From assembly GCA_973895155.1 (NCBI GenBank), contig OZ316899.1, forward strand, positions 11,781,775 to 11,845,774: a stretch of DNA of 64,000 nucleotides, read 5' to 3'. The notes below the pieces were generated by a model that was given only the letters and a program-made list of their open reading frames with translations, ran no database searches and was not told where the DNA came from. This DNA is from Marsupella aquatica (taxonomy: Eukaryota; Plantae; Marchantiophyta). Shown one piece after another: positions 1-12,582 of this stretch (positions are counted from its first letter, which is position 1; each line of letters starts with the position of its first letter). The translations under genes and the position numbers were made by a program.

Positions 1-554
1 ATGCCTTTCTGCCGTTGGGCCTGTTCACTCAATGAGATGTTGAGTCAACCGTGTATATGTGTATGACAGATTATGAAGTAAAGTCTTTTCCCACTATCTC
101 CTTTGTGTAAACCGAGATTGAATGATTGTGAATTCAGTTGCATGTATGAATCTTGTATACGGGTAGAAGAATGCTTGGCCAAACGCACTATCCGAGCTGG
201 GCACGGGATGTTGGCTGCGGATAGTGGTTGTGAGCCCAGGTTGGACACCCGTATCATCGGATCTAGATTGGAGGCGGACAGCGCGAAGGCTTAGAAGTCC
301 TGAAGCCGAGGTTGATCCAGTTATCGACTTAAAGGTACGTTCCGGCAGCGAAACACATACTATACCCATGATATTTATGTAAGTAGGACTAGGCACACTT
401 AGCGCTAGATTACGGAAGTAAGGTTCAGTTTGCACATCCCTTCTTGCCCAAACCCTCAAAACTAATGAAGATTATGCCCGTTGTCGCGAGGACTTAAAGT
501 TAGGGGCTCCTCGGGAAAACTATGCATCTCTGGCTGCGATCGGGACAGGTGACA
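1..554 (+). mobile_element. 3' part of an LTR-like repeat (runs off the window start), probably ending ...GGTGACA
   Basis: Shares motifs in the same order and orientation with the right end of the 29037-31475 insertion (ggcttagaagtcc..aagccg, ggtac.ttccg, atatttatg, tctggct..gat). Also an inverted homolog of ~808-1050. The end position is inferred. Confidence 0.45.
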
Positions 555-1490
555 AGCACTTTTTGGAGTGAACTCTCACTCCTTTATATATTTTTTTACT
601 TTTCTCACAAAGGTTACAATAGGTGCCCTCGAGTAAGCTTGCCCGCAAGAGTCTGGTAGCTGGCCCTACGGCGGGCCGCTACCTCTAACTTGTCGGGTAG
701 AACTCCTCGAGTGACTAACTACTCAAAATCTGACGGATGTTGTAACCTGAGTTAACTAGACCATAGATAAGGTTAACTAGGATTATGCCTACTCAGGTTA
801 GGTCACATTAAGGGCTTCTATGCCTTCGTGCTGTCCGCCTTCGATCCGGATTCGATGATACAGGTCCTCAACCCGTGCTCGCAACCACTTACCCGCAGGC
901 TGCACCCTGTGCACGTCTCGGGTAGTGCGTTCGGCCTGGCGCTGCCACCCATATACGAGAAGCCCACACACATATGCGCACACATGCATACAATCTCGAT
1001 TTACACGAAGGAAAATGATGGGAAAGGATTTTACTACAAAGGGAACATATGCGTACACTTAGTTGACACGACAGCCCTGGAATGCACAGGTTCAAGGCCG
1101 AGGGTGCACACTACAACGGAGCCCGGCTCCGCACTCGCCCGGCGAGCTTAGTCCTACCCCCTCCCCTTGGTACTCTGTCATTCCCAGAGGTCAGGACTCC
1201 CCGCATGTCCCGCGGATGTTCGACTCTGAAACTAAAACCCCCCCCCCTTGCCTCTACCGAGGGGTGCACTAAATACTAAGAGCCGAGGAACGGGGTGTCC
1301 TCTCGCCGAAGATTCGCTGACTAAGGTCCTAACTAAGCTGACAGTCAGGCCGGAAAATGGCTGTGTCTTATTAGAAGATCCTAATCTACGCAGGCTGGAC
1401 AGCAGGGCAGCGCTGCTGTACCTAAGGCAGGTGCCTGTCCCAAGAGCCTGACTAAGCCAATCCTAATCCTAATCTATTCCTACTCCGCCG

Positions 1491-4132
1491 CTAATGCCTG
1501 GCACGCTTGCCAAAGCCGCCCGAATGGGAACGGCCATCCCGCTGCCTTCGAAGCCTGTCATTGTCCGCTTTGAGGAGCTGGACCTGGTCCAGCAGAGATT
1601 CGTTCTCTCGCCTCGCCACGTCCGTCTCCTCTGCTGCCTCCTGACATGCCTCCTCCAGCTGCTGGGCGTCGCTCGTCAGTTTACTCGCCAGCTGGTCCTG
1701 CTTCTCGGCCTCAGTTTGGAGCCGCGCCATCTCGGCCTGCAGTGTGGCTATCTCCGTCGCGTCCCGCTGGGCTCGCTCCTCGGCCTCCTCCAGGTCTTTC
1801 TGCCAGGTGACAGCTTGTTTCTTCAAACTGTCAATCTGGTTCCGGAGTCGTGTAATCTCGGCCTCGTTCCCAGCTTTGGCCTGTTCGGCTAGGGCGGTAA
1901 GAGCGTACGCCTTTGCTAACAACTCATCGGCGGCTGCAACCTTGGGTCGTAGTTGTAGAAGCTCAGCCTCTTGAGCCGCCACTTCGTTCTTTAGGTACAC
2001 GGACTCCACCCGGTACCGCTCTATCCTCTGAAGGGCCTCCGACTGGGCCCGACCTGCCTTTACGGCGGCAACCAACTCCTGATTGAAGAAACAGGCTACC
2101 TTCCGGGCCATGAACTCCCCGGTATCCCGGGCAATTTGATGAGAGAAATCTCCCAGAAGCCCGTTCAGAAACGTACCCTGTACGAAGAGTTCCGGGTGGT
2201 CCAAGTTATGCCTGTCCGGATTTGGGCACGGGCAGACATCAACACGTGCAGGGGCCGGGGCAGTGACGTCCAGCCCTGGGGACATAACGTTGGAAGGGGC
2301 TGGAGTGTCCTCCTGCAGCGATGTCCGGTTCTCCGGAATTGCCACCGGCGGGTCCTTGGAGACCCGGGTTCGGGTAAGACCTCTGCCGTACCAACTTCTG
2401 TACTTAGCCCGGCTAGTTGGGTCGCATCAACGGTTGCGACGACCGACCCCTCCGGCGCCTCCTCGGTTACGATTACAGCTATTTGTGGAGGTGGGGTGGG
2501 TGAAGCTGGCGTGTCCACTGGACTTCGGGCCTCGGGTTGGGGCCGTCTCTCCAATGCCGGAAAAACCCACCTAGCTGGGACCAGCTTTGTAACGTTGATG
2601 CAGGGAAGGGTTCGTCGATCAAACCGGGCGTACCACTCAAGAATGATTTCGATGTGGCTAGCGAAATACGCCTTCCCGCCAATGTACAGCGTCTTCCTTC
2701 GCCGCTCCATCTCTTCATGGAATTTCTTAGCGAAGTATGACGCCCATTTCCTAGGTCGATAGTTCTCGACCTGGATAACCTGGGCGGCGGAGATCTCCCC
2801 CCGGGGTTCCATCATGTGGAGAGCGTACCTCTGGAACTCCAGCCGCTCAGCTATCTCGGGCATGAGGCAGGTCCTCATCACGAACCCGTTGTCTACTGAT
2901 CCCTCTGAGGGAAAACTTGAAGATTGGTACTTGGCCCCCTTGCCCCCGGGAGCCCGTGATTCGACTCGATGGTCACCTTCGGGTAACCCGAAGATCATCT
3001 TGAGCCGTTCTTCTGTGAGGGACATATTCCTTCCCCGTAGCCGAGTCTGTTGACGTACGTCGTCATAATTCTTGACGAATTCTGTCATGTCCTCCCCGTA
3101 GTACCTGCAAGTGTTCCAGGGGAGAGAGGCGAGGTGCTCAAATCCCTGAGTCTTCAGGTACACCGCATGCTTGGGATGGAGGATGTTGCTGTGAACGTTT
3201 TCCCCCATGCGATGCATCGTCACCTTGGCTACGGCTACCGTGGCCAACGGTAACCCGGATGCAGTGGCGGATTCCTTCCTCTTCTTTCCCCGTGACTGAC
3301 TCGGGGAAGGTGATACTTCCCCATCCTCCCGATCGGGCCTGGGGAGTGCCACTGCGGTTGGTAACGGGCCCGGGGCGGCCACGGTCACCATGTTGTCTGC
3401 TGGGGCCGCTCCTGGGGTCAGAGCAGGGGGTGGGGATGATATAGTGTCGGCCCCCCGAGCGCTTGTTCCTCTGGGCCGCTTGGTCAAGGGTGGGGTAGCC
3501 TCGTCGTCATCGCTAAGATCCACAGCGTTGATGACGGAGCGTACCTGTGCTGGCTGGGTGATAGGTGGTGGGGTTTGGCTAGGCTGCGGCTGAGGCTGAG
3601 GCTGGGGTTGCATGGGCACGGGTACGGGTACGGGTACGGGTACGGGCCCGGCTGAGTTGGTCATGTTGGTTGATGGCCGAGTTCCCATGAAGCTCTGCAG
3701 GTGCTGGTAGAAGTTCTCCGAAGCGAGTGCGGGCGCCCTTGTTGAACGGTTGGTACTGGACTCGCCGTTAATGACAGCCCGAACCTGGGCAGGGATGTGG
3801 TCGAAGTGATGTCGCTGCAGGTCGATTGTACCCGGGATATTGAAGACCTCGTCCGGAAGCCGAAGCAATGCTTCCCAGAACCCGATATATTTGTCTCCGT
3901 TGAAGAAGTACCCAGATACCTCAGCTGGTCGGTAAAGCTCGCTCTGAGACGGGTAGTCAAAGTTAAGGACGTAGTGGTGTCGTCCTGCTAGGCGGATGGC
4001 TCTCTCGTATTCGCGTTCGATCTCGTATCGGCGCGGGTTGGCATGTTTCAATGAATCGGCCAAGTGCCTTCCGGTAGATAGGAACTGCGTCCAGAATCGA
4101 ATGGCCGAGCTGGAGAGGATCGTGTGCGACAT
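1491..4132 (-). pseudogene. TE accessory protein: Pro-rich region + PMD/Transposase_32-like domain + C-terminal coiled coil; one apparent frameshift near 2345
   Basis: ORFs 2165-4132 (655 aa) and 1491-2345 (284 aa) overlap. The motif GFEHLASLPW..EFVKNYD..RGRNMSLTEERLKMIFGLPEG aligns by eye with 35141-36257. Confidence 0.55.
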
Positions 4133-4230
4133 TCAGAGGAGATAGTAGTGGCGACCTAGAGAGAACGAGAGAGCTGGGGTCGAAGCTGGCGCGCGGACTG
4201 ATGGACTGGTGCACTACAAAGGGTTGGCTC

Positions 4231-4240
4231 CCCTTTTATA
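4231..4240 (-). promoter_or_regulatory. Candidate TATA box (TATAAAAGGG) about 100 nt upstream of the 4132 ATG
   Basis: The plus strand reads cccttttata; position is appropriate for the ORF. Confidence 0.4.
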
Positions 4241-6606
4241 CTTTGAGGGCTTGTCGATCCCCGACGTCTCCTCGACGCCCATAGGTTGAACCGCTCACGC
4301 TTGTGGTGTACCGGCCACTCCGCCGGTCTGAGTCAGCGTGCGTCAGTGGCCGCTTCCTTAAGTTCGTTATACGGACCCGAGGGAGGGGCCCCTCCACGCT
4401 CGTAACCCGGGTGTGCGAATAGCGACCCGCCGCCAGCCCGAACCTGAAGTCCCCCTTATTGCCTAATGATGTCCTACCCCTAATGATTACCTAAATACTG
4501 TCGTTATGCTAATAATAGCGGCCTAAGACCCACCTAATGCGCGTGTCGAGCGCAGTTAGACTGAATCACTCATTAACCGCCGTACCGGCGGCGTCACAGG
4601 GTTTTAGGGGGGTTTTACCAAGACACCTAAAGGGGGTTTAGGGGGGTTATATGACATGGGCGTGGGGGTTATATCGATCTCAAGGGGGAGGGGGTTAATC
4701 GGGGGACATGCACCATTGGATGGAGTTGATCGCCACCATCAGGTGAAACTTTTCCGTTCCCGCGTCCCGTTTAGTCGCACATCCCGTTTAGTCACACATG
4801 TCTGAGCTTCGTTTGATCGGGAGACGGGAGAAGGTGCAGACACCAAGGCAGAAGTGCATCCTTGCGGCTGGCTAGGGTGCGCATTTCCTTCACTTTCCCT
4901 CGTAAAAGTACGAGCTCATTGTGGTGGTGTGGGTCCCGTATGTAACTTCTCCCATTGCCAACCTTCCATCGCTACGTGCTGGACACATTTGAGTCCTTGG
5001 GCTGCAAGTAGAGCGCATTTGCAGTTGCGCCAAGGGAGGTGATCACTACTGCTGCGGAAGGAGGGAGTCAATCGGGAGTTTTGCTACTGCTGCGGAAGGC
5101 ACTGCACAAGCTTTACTAATGCGGGACCTGTGTGGGAGGCGTAAAGACTTAGGGTGAAGTCTACTGCAGCTATCCTTCTCTTCCAAGCGTATTGTGAGCT
5201 CAAACAACATCACGGGATTCCTGAGGTGAAGAGTGCAAGCTGCGACCAGTCTCAGGACCAGCTCCTCAATCGTCCCGGGCATTGGAGCTTAGTGAACTGT
5301 AAGTGCGTGCATACCCTTCCAGCTGCGTCTTTGACTAAGGAGCTCATCAATCTTCTTGGGCATTGGAGTTGAAGTTATAGTTGAAGTTCTTGGTGGGCAG
5401 GAGAACTGAGCGCACGACGCACATTGGCAGCGACAAGGTCTAGGGGCCATTTTTTAGCTGAGTAGTGACAGTTTTCCTTTGGGAGTTGGGAGCTCCTACA
5501 AAGGAGGTCAGCTGAACAAGCCTCATTGCTATCGGGAGTTGGCATTGGCAAGGAGGGCGGAGGGAACGGATTGGCAGCTGCAACCTACATTGGAGTTGTT
5601 GCGACTAACTCAGGACATTGCAAGAGTGTGTTTCGGGTCAGTTTTTGGTTGAAGAACCAGGAAGAGCCTGCGGTTTGCCATCAAGGAGCTGTAGCTGGAG
5701 ACCGGCCCTCGTAGCTGCATTCTTCCATCCAACACATGGGTGAGCGAAAGTCCATTTTTATCTCTCATTGTTTTTCTCCGACTCGTGCTTTGATCCAATG
5801 TATGTATTGCTGCTATGTCACCCTATCAAGAGAGACTGGACATTGTAGCTACTCATTCTTGATCATGTCATCAGGCATAGGACCTCAACTGCGACGGAAA
5901 GATTCCACATTCTGTGGGGATTGATAGGACTGTTGTGCCTTGCGACATCGGTCACAGTGTGAGGAAAGGAGCAAGTTCACAACATTGCAGACGTCCAAGT
6001 GGCTCTATGCTTTGCTTTTATCAACCTACGACCGGCCAACTGCGCGCTGCGATTTCAGTTTAGGGTGGTCTTTGGAGCTTCACATTTTCCCCAAACACAC
6101 AGGTGCCTTCCTCTGTCTCTTCTTCTATAGCTCTGTCTTGTGCTTTCATCGAAGCCCCTTGCAATCGGATGTTGAATGTGAAGACAAGTCTGATTGTTGA
6201 CACTGTACTGAATGCTAAGCCTCCTCTAAATCAATTCTGAGACGGGACTGAATGTTGAGATTGATGTTAGGTTTGCCTGTGGTCGGAACACTCTGCGAAG
6301 CATTTCAATATATATGCATCCGAGTTCCCAATAAGTAATGACAGCCATCGTTGTCTAAAGTGGGCCTCTGGTAGTATTGTGCATTGGGGGCACTCAATAG
6401 GAAACTCATAGTTGCTTTTACCAACAACAGAAGCTGCATTTTTGAGAAAAATTTATAATGTATGTGTTCTCTATTTTGTAAATAGAGGTAATGGAAGTTC
6501 TCGAGTATTGAAAAATATGTGTTTCAGGCTTTGTGCTTTCCTGCTTGTGGTGTATTATGGTTTAGGTCATGTTGGTTGGTGAGTCGACTTATTGTGGGTA
6601 CTGTAG

Positions 6607-9600
6607 TCAAGGTTTCAGGATTGAGAGTCGACGCATGCCGATGCCCTCGCAGTGTTCATTGTGTAGGATTCTAGGTAATGGTTTTGTGAAAAGGTCAGCT
6701 CTGTTTTCTTTGGAAGGGATCCAGACTATGTTGATGTGATCCCCGTGTTGTTCTGCGGTGTAGAAAAATTTTGGTGCTATATGTTTAATTTTGTCTCCTT
6801 TTATGAAGCCCTTGGTGATTTGATTGACGCAGGGTCGGTTGTCTTCAAAGATCATTGTTGGAGCTGTCAGGTTAGGTCTTCCGGCAGAGGTATGGATGTG
6901 GTTGACTAGTTGTCGAAGCCAAACACATTCTCTACACGCTTCGTAAAGTGCGATCACTTCAGCATGGTTCGATGAGGTAGTGGTGAGTGTCTGCTTGGTG
7001 CTTTTCCACGATACTGCAGTCCCGCCTTGAAGGAACACATATCCCGTCTGGGATTTAGAATCGTCAGGGTCGGATAGATAACCTGCATCGGCATAGCCCA
7101 CGAGTTCGTTAGGAATCGTATTAGCATAGTATAGTCCCATATCTATTGTGCCTTGCAGGTACCTGAGGACTCGCTTGATGCCGTTCCAGTGGCGGATTGT
7201 GGGTTGGGAGCTATGTCTTGCAAGTAAGTTCACTGCGAACGCTATGTCGGGTCTGGTCTGGTTCACAAGGTACATCAATGCTCCAATGGCGGAGAGGTAA
7301 GGTTTTTCTGGGCCGAGAAGTAGCTCTAAGTCTGTTCTCTTATGAAATATATCCTTTGTAGGGTCTAATGATCGAAGGTCCATCGGTGTAGTAACCGGAT
7401 ATGACTTGTCCATATTGAACTGCGCTAATACCTTGCGTGTGTAAGTAGACTGGTGGATAAAGATGCCTTCCGGTAATGTCTCGATCTGTATACCAAGGCA
7501 GTAATTTGGTGTGCCTATGTCTTTCATTTCGAATGCTGCTTTTAGAGTTGCTATCGTGGTGGCAGTGAGTTCAGGTGTACCAAAAATACTTATGTCGTCG
7601 ACGTAGATCGCGATAATAATGAACTCATCTCCCATATGCTTGATAAATAAGCATGGAGCTATCTCGTGATTCACGAACCCAAGAGCGAGCATTTCTGCCT
7701 TAAATCTTTGATACCAAATCCTCCCGCTCTGTTTAAGGCCATAAAGAGAGCGGAGGACCTGTACAGCAATCTTGTTCTTGGATTTCTCTTTGCTGACAGT
7801 CTTGTTCACAGGTATCTTAACCTTGGTGGTACAAGATGGTATAGCATCAAGCTCTGTCTGTTTCTCGAAAACAGTGGGGGTTGATCTGTGGTTGATCAAG
7901 TTCGTCTGCATTTCTGTAGGTACAATCTGGTCTACGCCAGACTTTAGATCTGGGGATAATGGGAGAAGTTTCTCCCCCTGAATATGGAATTTAACTCTGT
8001 TAATGAGTTCAGGCGGGGCCTGCATATAGATCTCTGTGTCTAAAACTCCATAGAGATATGCTGTGACGACGTCCATCAGGTGCAGCTTAAGTTTATGAAT
8101 CAGTGAGAAAGCAATAAGGTACCTGTATGTGATGGCGTCCATAACCGGGGCATAGGTGAGGTCATAGTCCTTTCCCCAAATTTGTGTGTATCCCTTTGCA
8201 ACCAATCGTGCCTTGTGTCTAATGACTTCACCTTTTGCGTTACGCTTTCTTACCAGTGTAATTCTATATCCTGTCAGGTTCATGTCGGGTGGAGCTGGAC
8301 AGAGTTTGCCAAACACCTGACGGGAGATAAGTGAGTCGATTTCTGAATTTATGGCTTTTTCCCATAGGGGCCAATCGTCTCGTTTTCGTGCTTCACTGAC
8401 TGTGTGTGGCTCGGTTGGATCGGAGGAAATTGTCTCTGATATGAGAAATGAAAAGTTCTCAATAATCGCGGTGTCTTGGCGGATCCAGACGTTCCCTGTG
8501 TGTGCATAGTTCAGGGAAATTTCTTCATTGTCGGCACATGGTTTGGGTATAGTTGAGAGTAAGGTAGTAGTTGGGCGTTTGTTCCTTAGTGTCCGATCCT
8601 TGGAACCTGGTGGGCGTCCTCTTTTTGCTTTGGGTGCTGCTGCAGTTGCTGGCCGTTCGTTGATGGAGATCCGGGCAGGGGTATTTGCTGCCTCTATGTG
8701 GGATTTGGTTACATTCGCGGCGTCATTGAAGGCGTCGGGTAATTTCTCCATCATTTGATGCAGGTGTAATATGCGTTTTACTTCATCATTGGCTAATTTG
8801 GTCCTGGGGTCATTCCAAAACTGGTCCGTAGTTTGCCACTTTAGTTGGGTAGGCTCGAGTATGTCTTGTATGTCGGTGGTGCTCAATGTAGGGAATATCT
8901 CCTCGCGGAATTGACAGTCATTGTATCTTGCTCGGAATATGTCCGCAGTCATTGGTTCTAGATATCTTATTATCGAGGGGGAATCAAATCCAACATATAT
9001 ACCGTTCTGGCGCTGTGGTCCCATCTTCGTCCTCTTGGGGCCTAGTATAGGAACCATTACTAAGCATCCGAATGTCTTAAGGTGTGATACATCTGGGATG
9101 GTTCCGTATGCCATGTGGTATGGTGAATATGAATTAAATGCTGACGGTCTGAATTTCAGTAGTTCCGCTCCATGCAGGACGGCGTGTCCCCAAGCTGTAA
9201 TGGGAAGTTTTGTCTGCATAAGCATTGGTCTCGAGATCATTTGTATGCTTTTAATGAATGATTCTGCCGTGCCGTTCTGAAAGTGGACGTAAGCCACTGA
9301 GTATTGGACTATTATACCTAGTGTAGTGCAGATATCGTCAAAGGCCGGGGATGTAAACTCGCCGGCGTTATCTATCCGGATTGTGCGAATGGGTGAGTTC
9401 GGGAATTGCGCTCTCAGCCTGAGGATCTGAGTAAGTAGGCGCGCCAGGACCAAGTTACGGGTTGAGATAAGTGATACTTGGGACCATTTTGTTGAGGAGC
9501 AGATCATCACTAAAAAGAATCGAAAGGGTCCACTTGGGGGGTCGATGGGGCCACATACGTCAATGTTCAGTTGTTCGAGGAACGCCGGGATCCTGTGTAC

Positions 9601-11169
9601 TGTCTTCGAGGCTGATGGTCTGATCTGGAGTTTTCCTTGTGCGCATGCTGGGCAGATTTCCTTCATAGATGTGGGCTTTACCGTATGGGGTATTCCGCGG
9701 GTGTCCTTGAGAATTCGATGGTACATTGAGGTGCCTGGGTGGCCCAGGCGATGGTGCCACAACTCAGTAATTGTGGGTGTCTCTGCTTCCACCTTGTATG
9801 TGTGTATCGGGGTGGCATATAGTCCTGGTGGGTGGTATGGTAATGATTCATGTATAATTGGGTCTTCGCCAGTTTCTGTCAGTATCTATAGTGAGTTATC
9901 ATTTGGGCCTGAAGTTGAGCGAATCTGGTAGCCATTTTCGTGGACGTCTTGAAAACTCAATAGGTTCCTGGTCGCGTTGGGTGCGTATATTGCAGAATGT
10001 ATGTTGATCAGTGTTTTGTTTGGGAGTAGAATTCTTGCAGGGCCATGGCCTTCCTCTAAGTTGTTGGTTCCCGTTATGGTCGTCACTAGCCGATTCGATG
10101 GTGATATCTTTTGGAAGTAACGTTTGTCTCTTAATATAGTATGTGATGTGCCACTGTCCAGGATACATATGTTGTCGTCAGAGAGGGAGGGGGCCAATTT
10201 CTCATCTGTGGCGAGATGTATCTCTGGGGGTGGCTCAGAGTTCACATACTTGCTGAGGTCTGCATCGATTTCTAGGTAGTTTGCTACCGTCATTGTTTGC
10301 GCTGTGGGCAAGCTTGCCTGATATAATTTGACTAAGTGTGGTTGGGCTCGGCAGTCGCGCTTGATATGTCCGGGGCCGCCGCATCGAAAGCATTGGATGG
10401 GTGGTTTCTGGGGGTCTCGTTGCCAAGAGGTCTTCCTTCGTGGAGATTGTGTCGTCGGGGGTTTGTTATATCGTCCTCTCTGGAATCTGGTCTTCGTATA
10501 TCGTGGGTATTGTTTGGCGTGGTGTCCCTGGAATCGTCCCTTGCCTTTGAATGTGTCGGCCGCTTTTGTGGAGTTATATTGTATTTCCAGTTTCGGGATA
10601 GTTCCTGGTGGTCTCGTTTTAGAGTTTTGCATCAAGAGTAGGTCGTTCTTCTCTGCCAGGAGCATTACGGCAATGAGGTCTTAGTATTCGGTGAAGTGCA
10701 TCTGTCGATACTGTTGGGCTAATGTCATGTTTGCTGCAGGGAAGGTCGACAGCGTCTTCTCTATCTGGTCGGCTTCCGAGATTTGTTGTCCGCATACCTT
10801 CAATTGGGAGGTGATCCGGAATAGTGCGCTGTTGTAGCTTGCTATTGTTGGGTGATCGAGGACTCGGAGGTGTATCCAATCGTTTTGTGCTGCCGGTAGG
10901 GAAATCAGTCGGAGGTGGTCGTATCTCCGCTTGAGTGCATCCCATAGCGCCCTCGAATTGTATTCGTCGAGATATTGGGCCTGTAAGTCTTGGTCTAGGT
11001 GATGTCTAAGGATGAATATGGCTTGAGCCTTGGTCTGTAGGTTTCCATGGTGATCTGCAATTATTATGTCCCCGAGTCCCTTCGCATTGAGGACGATCTC
11101 GGCGTTTTGTGACCAGGATAGGAAATTTGATCCATCGATCTTCAATACTGGGAATTGTAATTTCTCCAT
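6607..11169 (-). pseudogene. Copia gag-pol polyprotein, one frame with two in-frame stops (10681-10683 TAA, 9886-9888 TAG)
   Basis: The three ORFs share a frame. Motifs: zinc knuckle CFRCGGPGHIKRDC, protease ILDSGTSHT, GAG-pre WHHRLGHP, integrase IRIDNAGEF, RT SLYGLKQSG and IYVDD, RNase H GYADAGY..IFEDN..ADLFTK. Confidence 0.93.
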
Positions 11170-11311
11170 GTATAATAAAGTGGCTCGGGGGATTCAGAAG
11201 GAATTGTCTGTCTTCCCGATTGTTTGTCTTTCAGAGGATAGGTGTGTATTGAAATTATCAGAGTTCAACGCGTCTGGTCTCTTTTAGCTCGAGAAAAATC
11301 TGAGGCATCAG

Positions 11312-11323
11312 GTGCTGATAACG
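11312..11323 (-). promoter_or_regulatory. Copia primer-binding site, Bianca-type (internal tRNA-iMet)
   Basis: The minus strand reads CGTTATCAGCAC immediately after the LTR end ..CAACA. Confidence 0.7.
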
Positions 11324-11515
11324 TGTTGTGACATTAATTCTATCAAGATCTCAATCAATCCATCAACAACTCCAATTAAAGTATGACCAATTCATGGTCA
11401 TATATATACAATGTTAGTTAGGGTAGTTATGATCCTATTCATCTCCCTTCTACTAATTCGTACCCTTTCAGGTCTCCCTATCCACTGTGTTTGGGATAAT
11501 ATTTGTATTACAACA
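11324..11515 (-). repeat. Copia 5' LTR (192 bp)
   Basis: Bounded by tgttgtg...tacaaca inverted ends and adjacent to the PBS. Confidence 0.7.
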
Positions 11516-12582
11516 ATTCTGAAATAAAATATTTTCATTCAGAGAGTCATAAAGTCAAAACTAGTTCATTTTAACTTTGGCCACTGTCTAGCATGAAAGT
11601 CTGTAATGCATATACATATTCGATACCTTCATGTTTGTTTCATGCATAGATTCTTGGTAGTGACTGATGTATTCAACCTGCAATGTAATATTTTGGCTTC
11701 GATTGGCTCCTCTATTTTGCTAGCTTCTCAATGTCTGCTCATAACATTTTTTGATGAACATAGGTATAGACAGAACAGAGTAATTGGGAATTCAGATCAT
11801 ATTGTTGTATGCTTTGTTGGGGATCCTCTTGTGTATGTGCGGGCATACACATTCTACCTGAGGGCAGTATGCCTGTACACCTCAGGTAGAACCAAGTATG
11901 ATCTGTCGCATGATATAATTCCACTACACTTCTATATTAATGTTGCCTAAGTGCTTTATTGTTTTTTTTGGTTGAAATGATGTCACTTGCATTTCATAGT
12001 CAATCTTAGTTGGTTGGCTTGGTACTCATTTGCTTCACTCCCTGGGGCTAGTGAATTTGTTTGCTGTCACTGAGTTTCTTGCGTAAGAACTACATGTTGT
12101 TCATTTTCTCGATCCATGCTCTATTTTGCTCTATTTTGCCCTGTGCCGACCTGTGCTGTAATTTGCTTTGTTTTGCATCCACTGTTTAGTTTCCTTCTAT
12201 TTTATCGATGAGTTTCATGCATATCATGTTTATAAGAGCTTTTGTGCTGATGCACAATATAGTTGTGCCAACTGAATGCCAGTCTGCCTACACTCCTGCT
12301 CAGTCACTCTTGCAAGCAGTGAACTACCTCTCTGTTGCTCACTGCAGGCAGAGACTTTCAGTGTTTCTGGATATTGTAGTTTGCAACATTGTTGATTAGG
12401 AGTGTTTCATGCTAAGTTTATACTATGACCTCTAGTTGGAATCAAGGGAATGACACAGTGAGTGGGAACTGATAAGTTCAGGTTGGTTGTTGTTGGTGAG
12501 GCAAGTACAGCTCCTGCTCACCTTGCTGATCAAAGGACGTCAGAGGACGTGAACACAAGACATCTGAACAAAAGCAACAGTT

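Larger units (their letters stand above)
808..4598 (-). mobile_element. LTR-like module carrying a protein-coding gene, inserted in the left subterminal region of CACTA copy 1
   Basis: The minus strand starts TGTGACGCC at 4598, the same 9-mer that starts the 29037 insertion, with further patchy similarity (gctatt..gcataac). It then has TATAAAAGGG, a long ORF pair, and a 3' block homologous to 60-305. Confidence 0.5.
6550..11515 (-). mobile_element. Ty1/Copia LTR retrotransposon, Bianca-like lineage, 3' LTR missing
   Basis: Gag-PR-IN-RT-RH order, one 192-bp LTR, and (A)CGTTATCAGCAC primer site. No second LTR copy is found below 6607; left boundary approximate. Confidence 0.9.

Noticed and set aside
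555-582. tRNA PBS or Helitron 3' end
   Set aside because: TGGAGTGAAC matches no plant tRNA end I recognise, and the hairpin is followed by CTTG rather than CTRR.
4681-4710. G-rich tract as a PPT before an LTR starting at 4709
   Set aside because: It belongs to a run of ttagggggg-type repeats resembling CACTA subterminal DNA; a better terminus (ggcgtcaca) lies at 4598.
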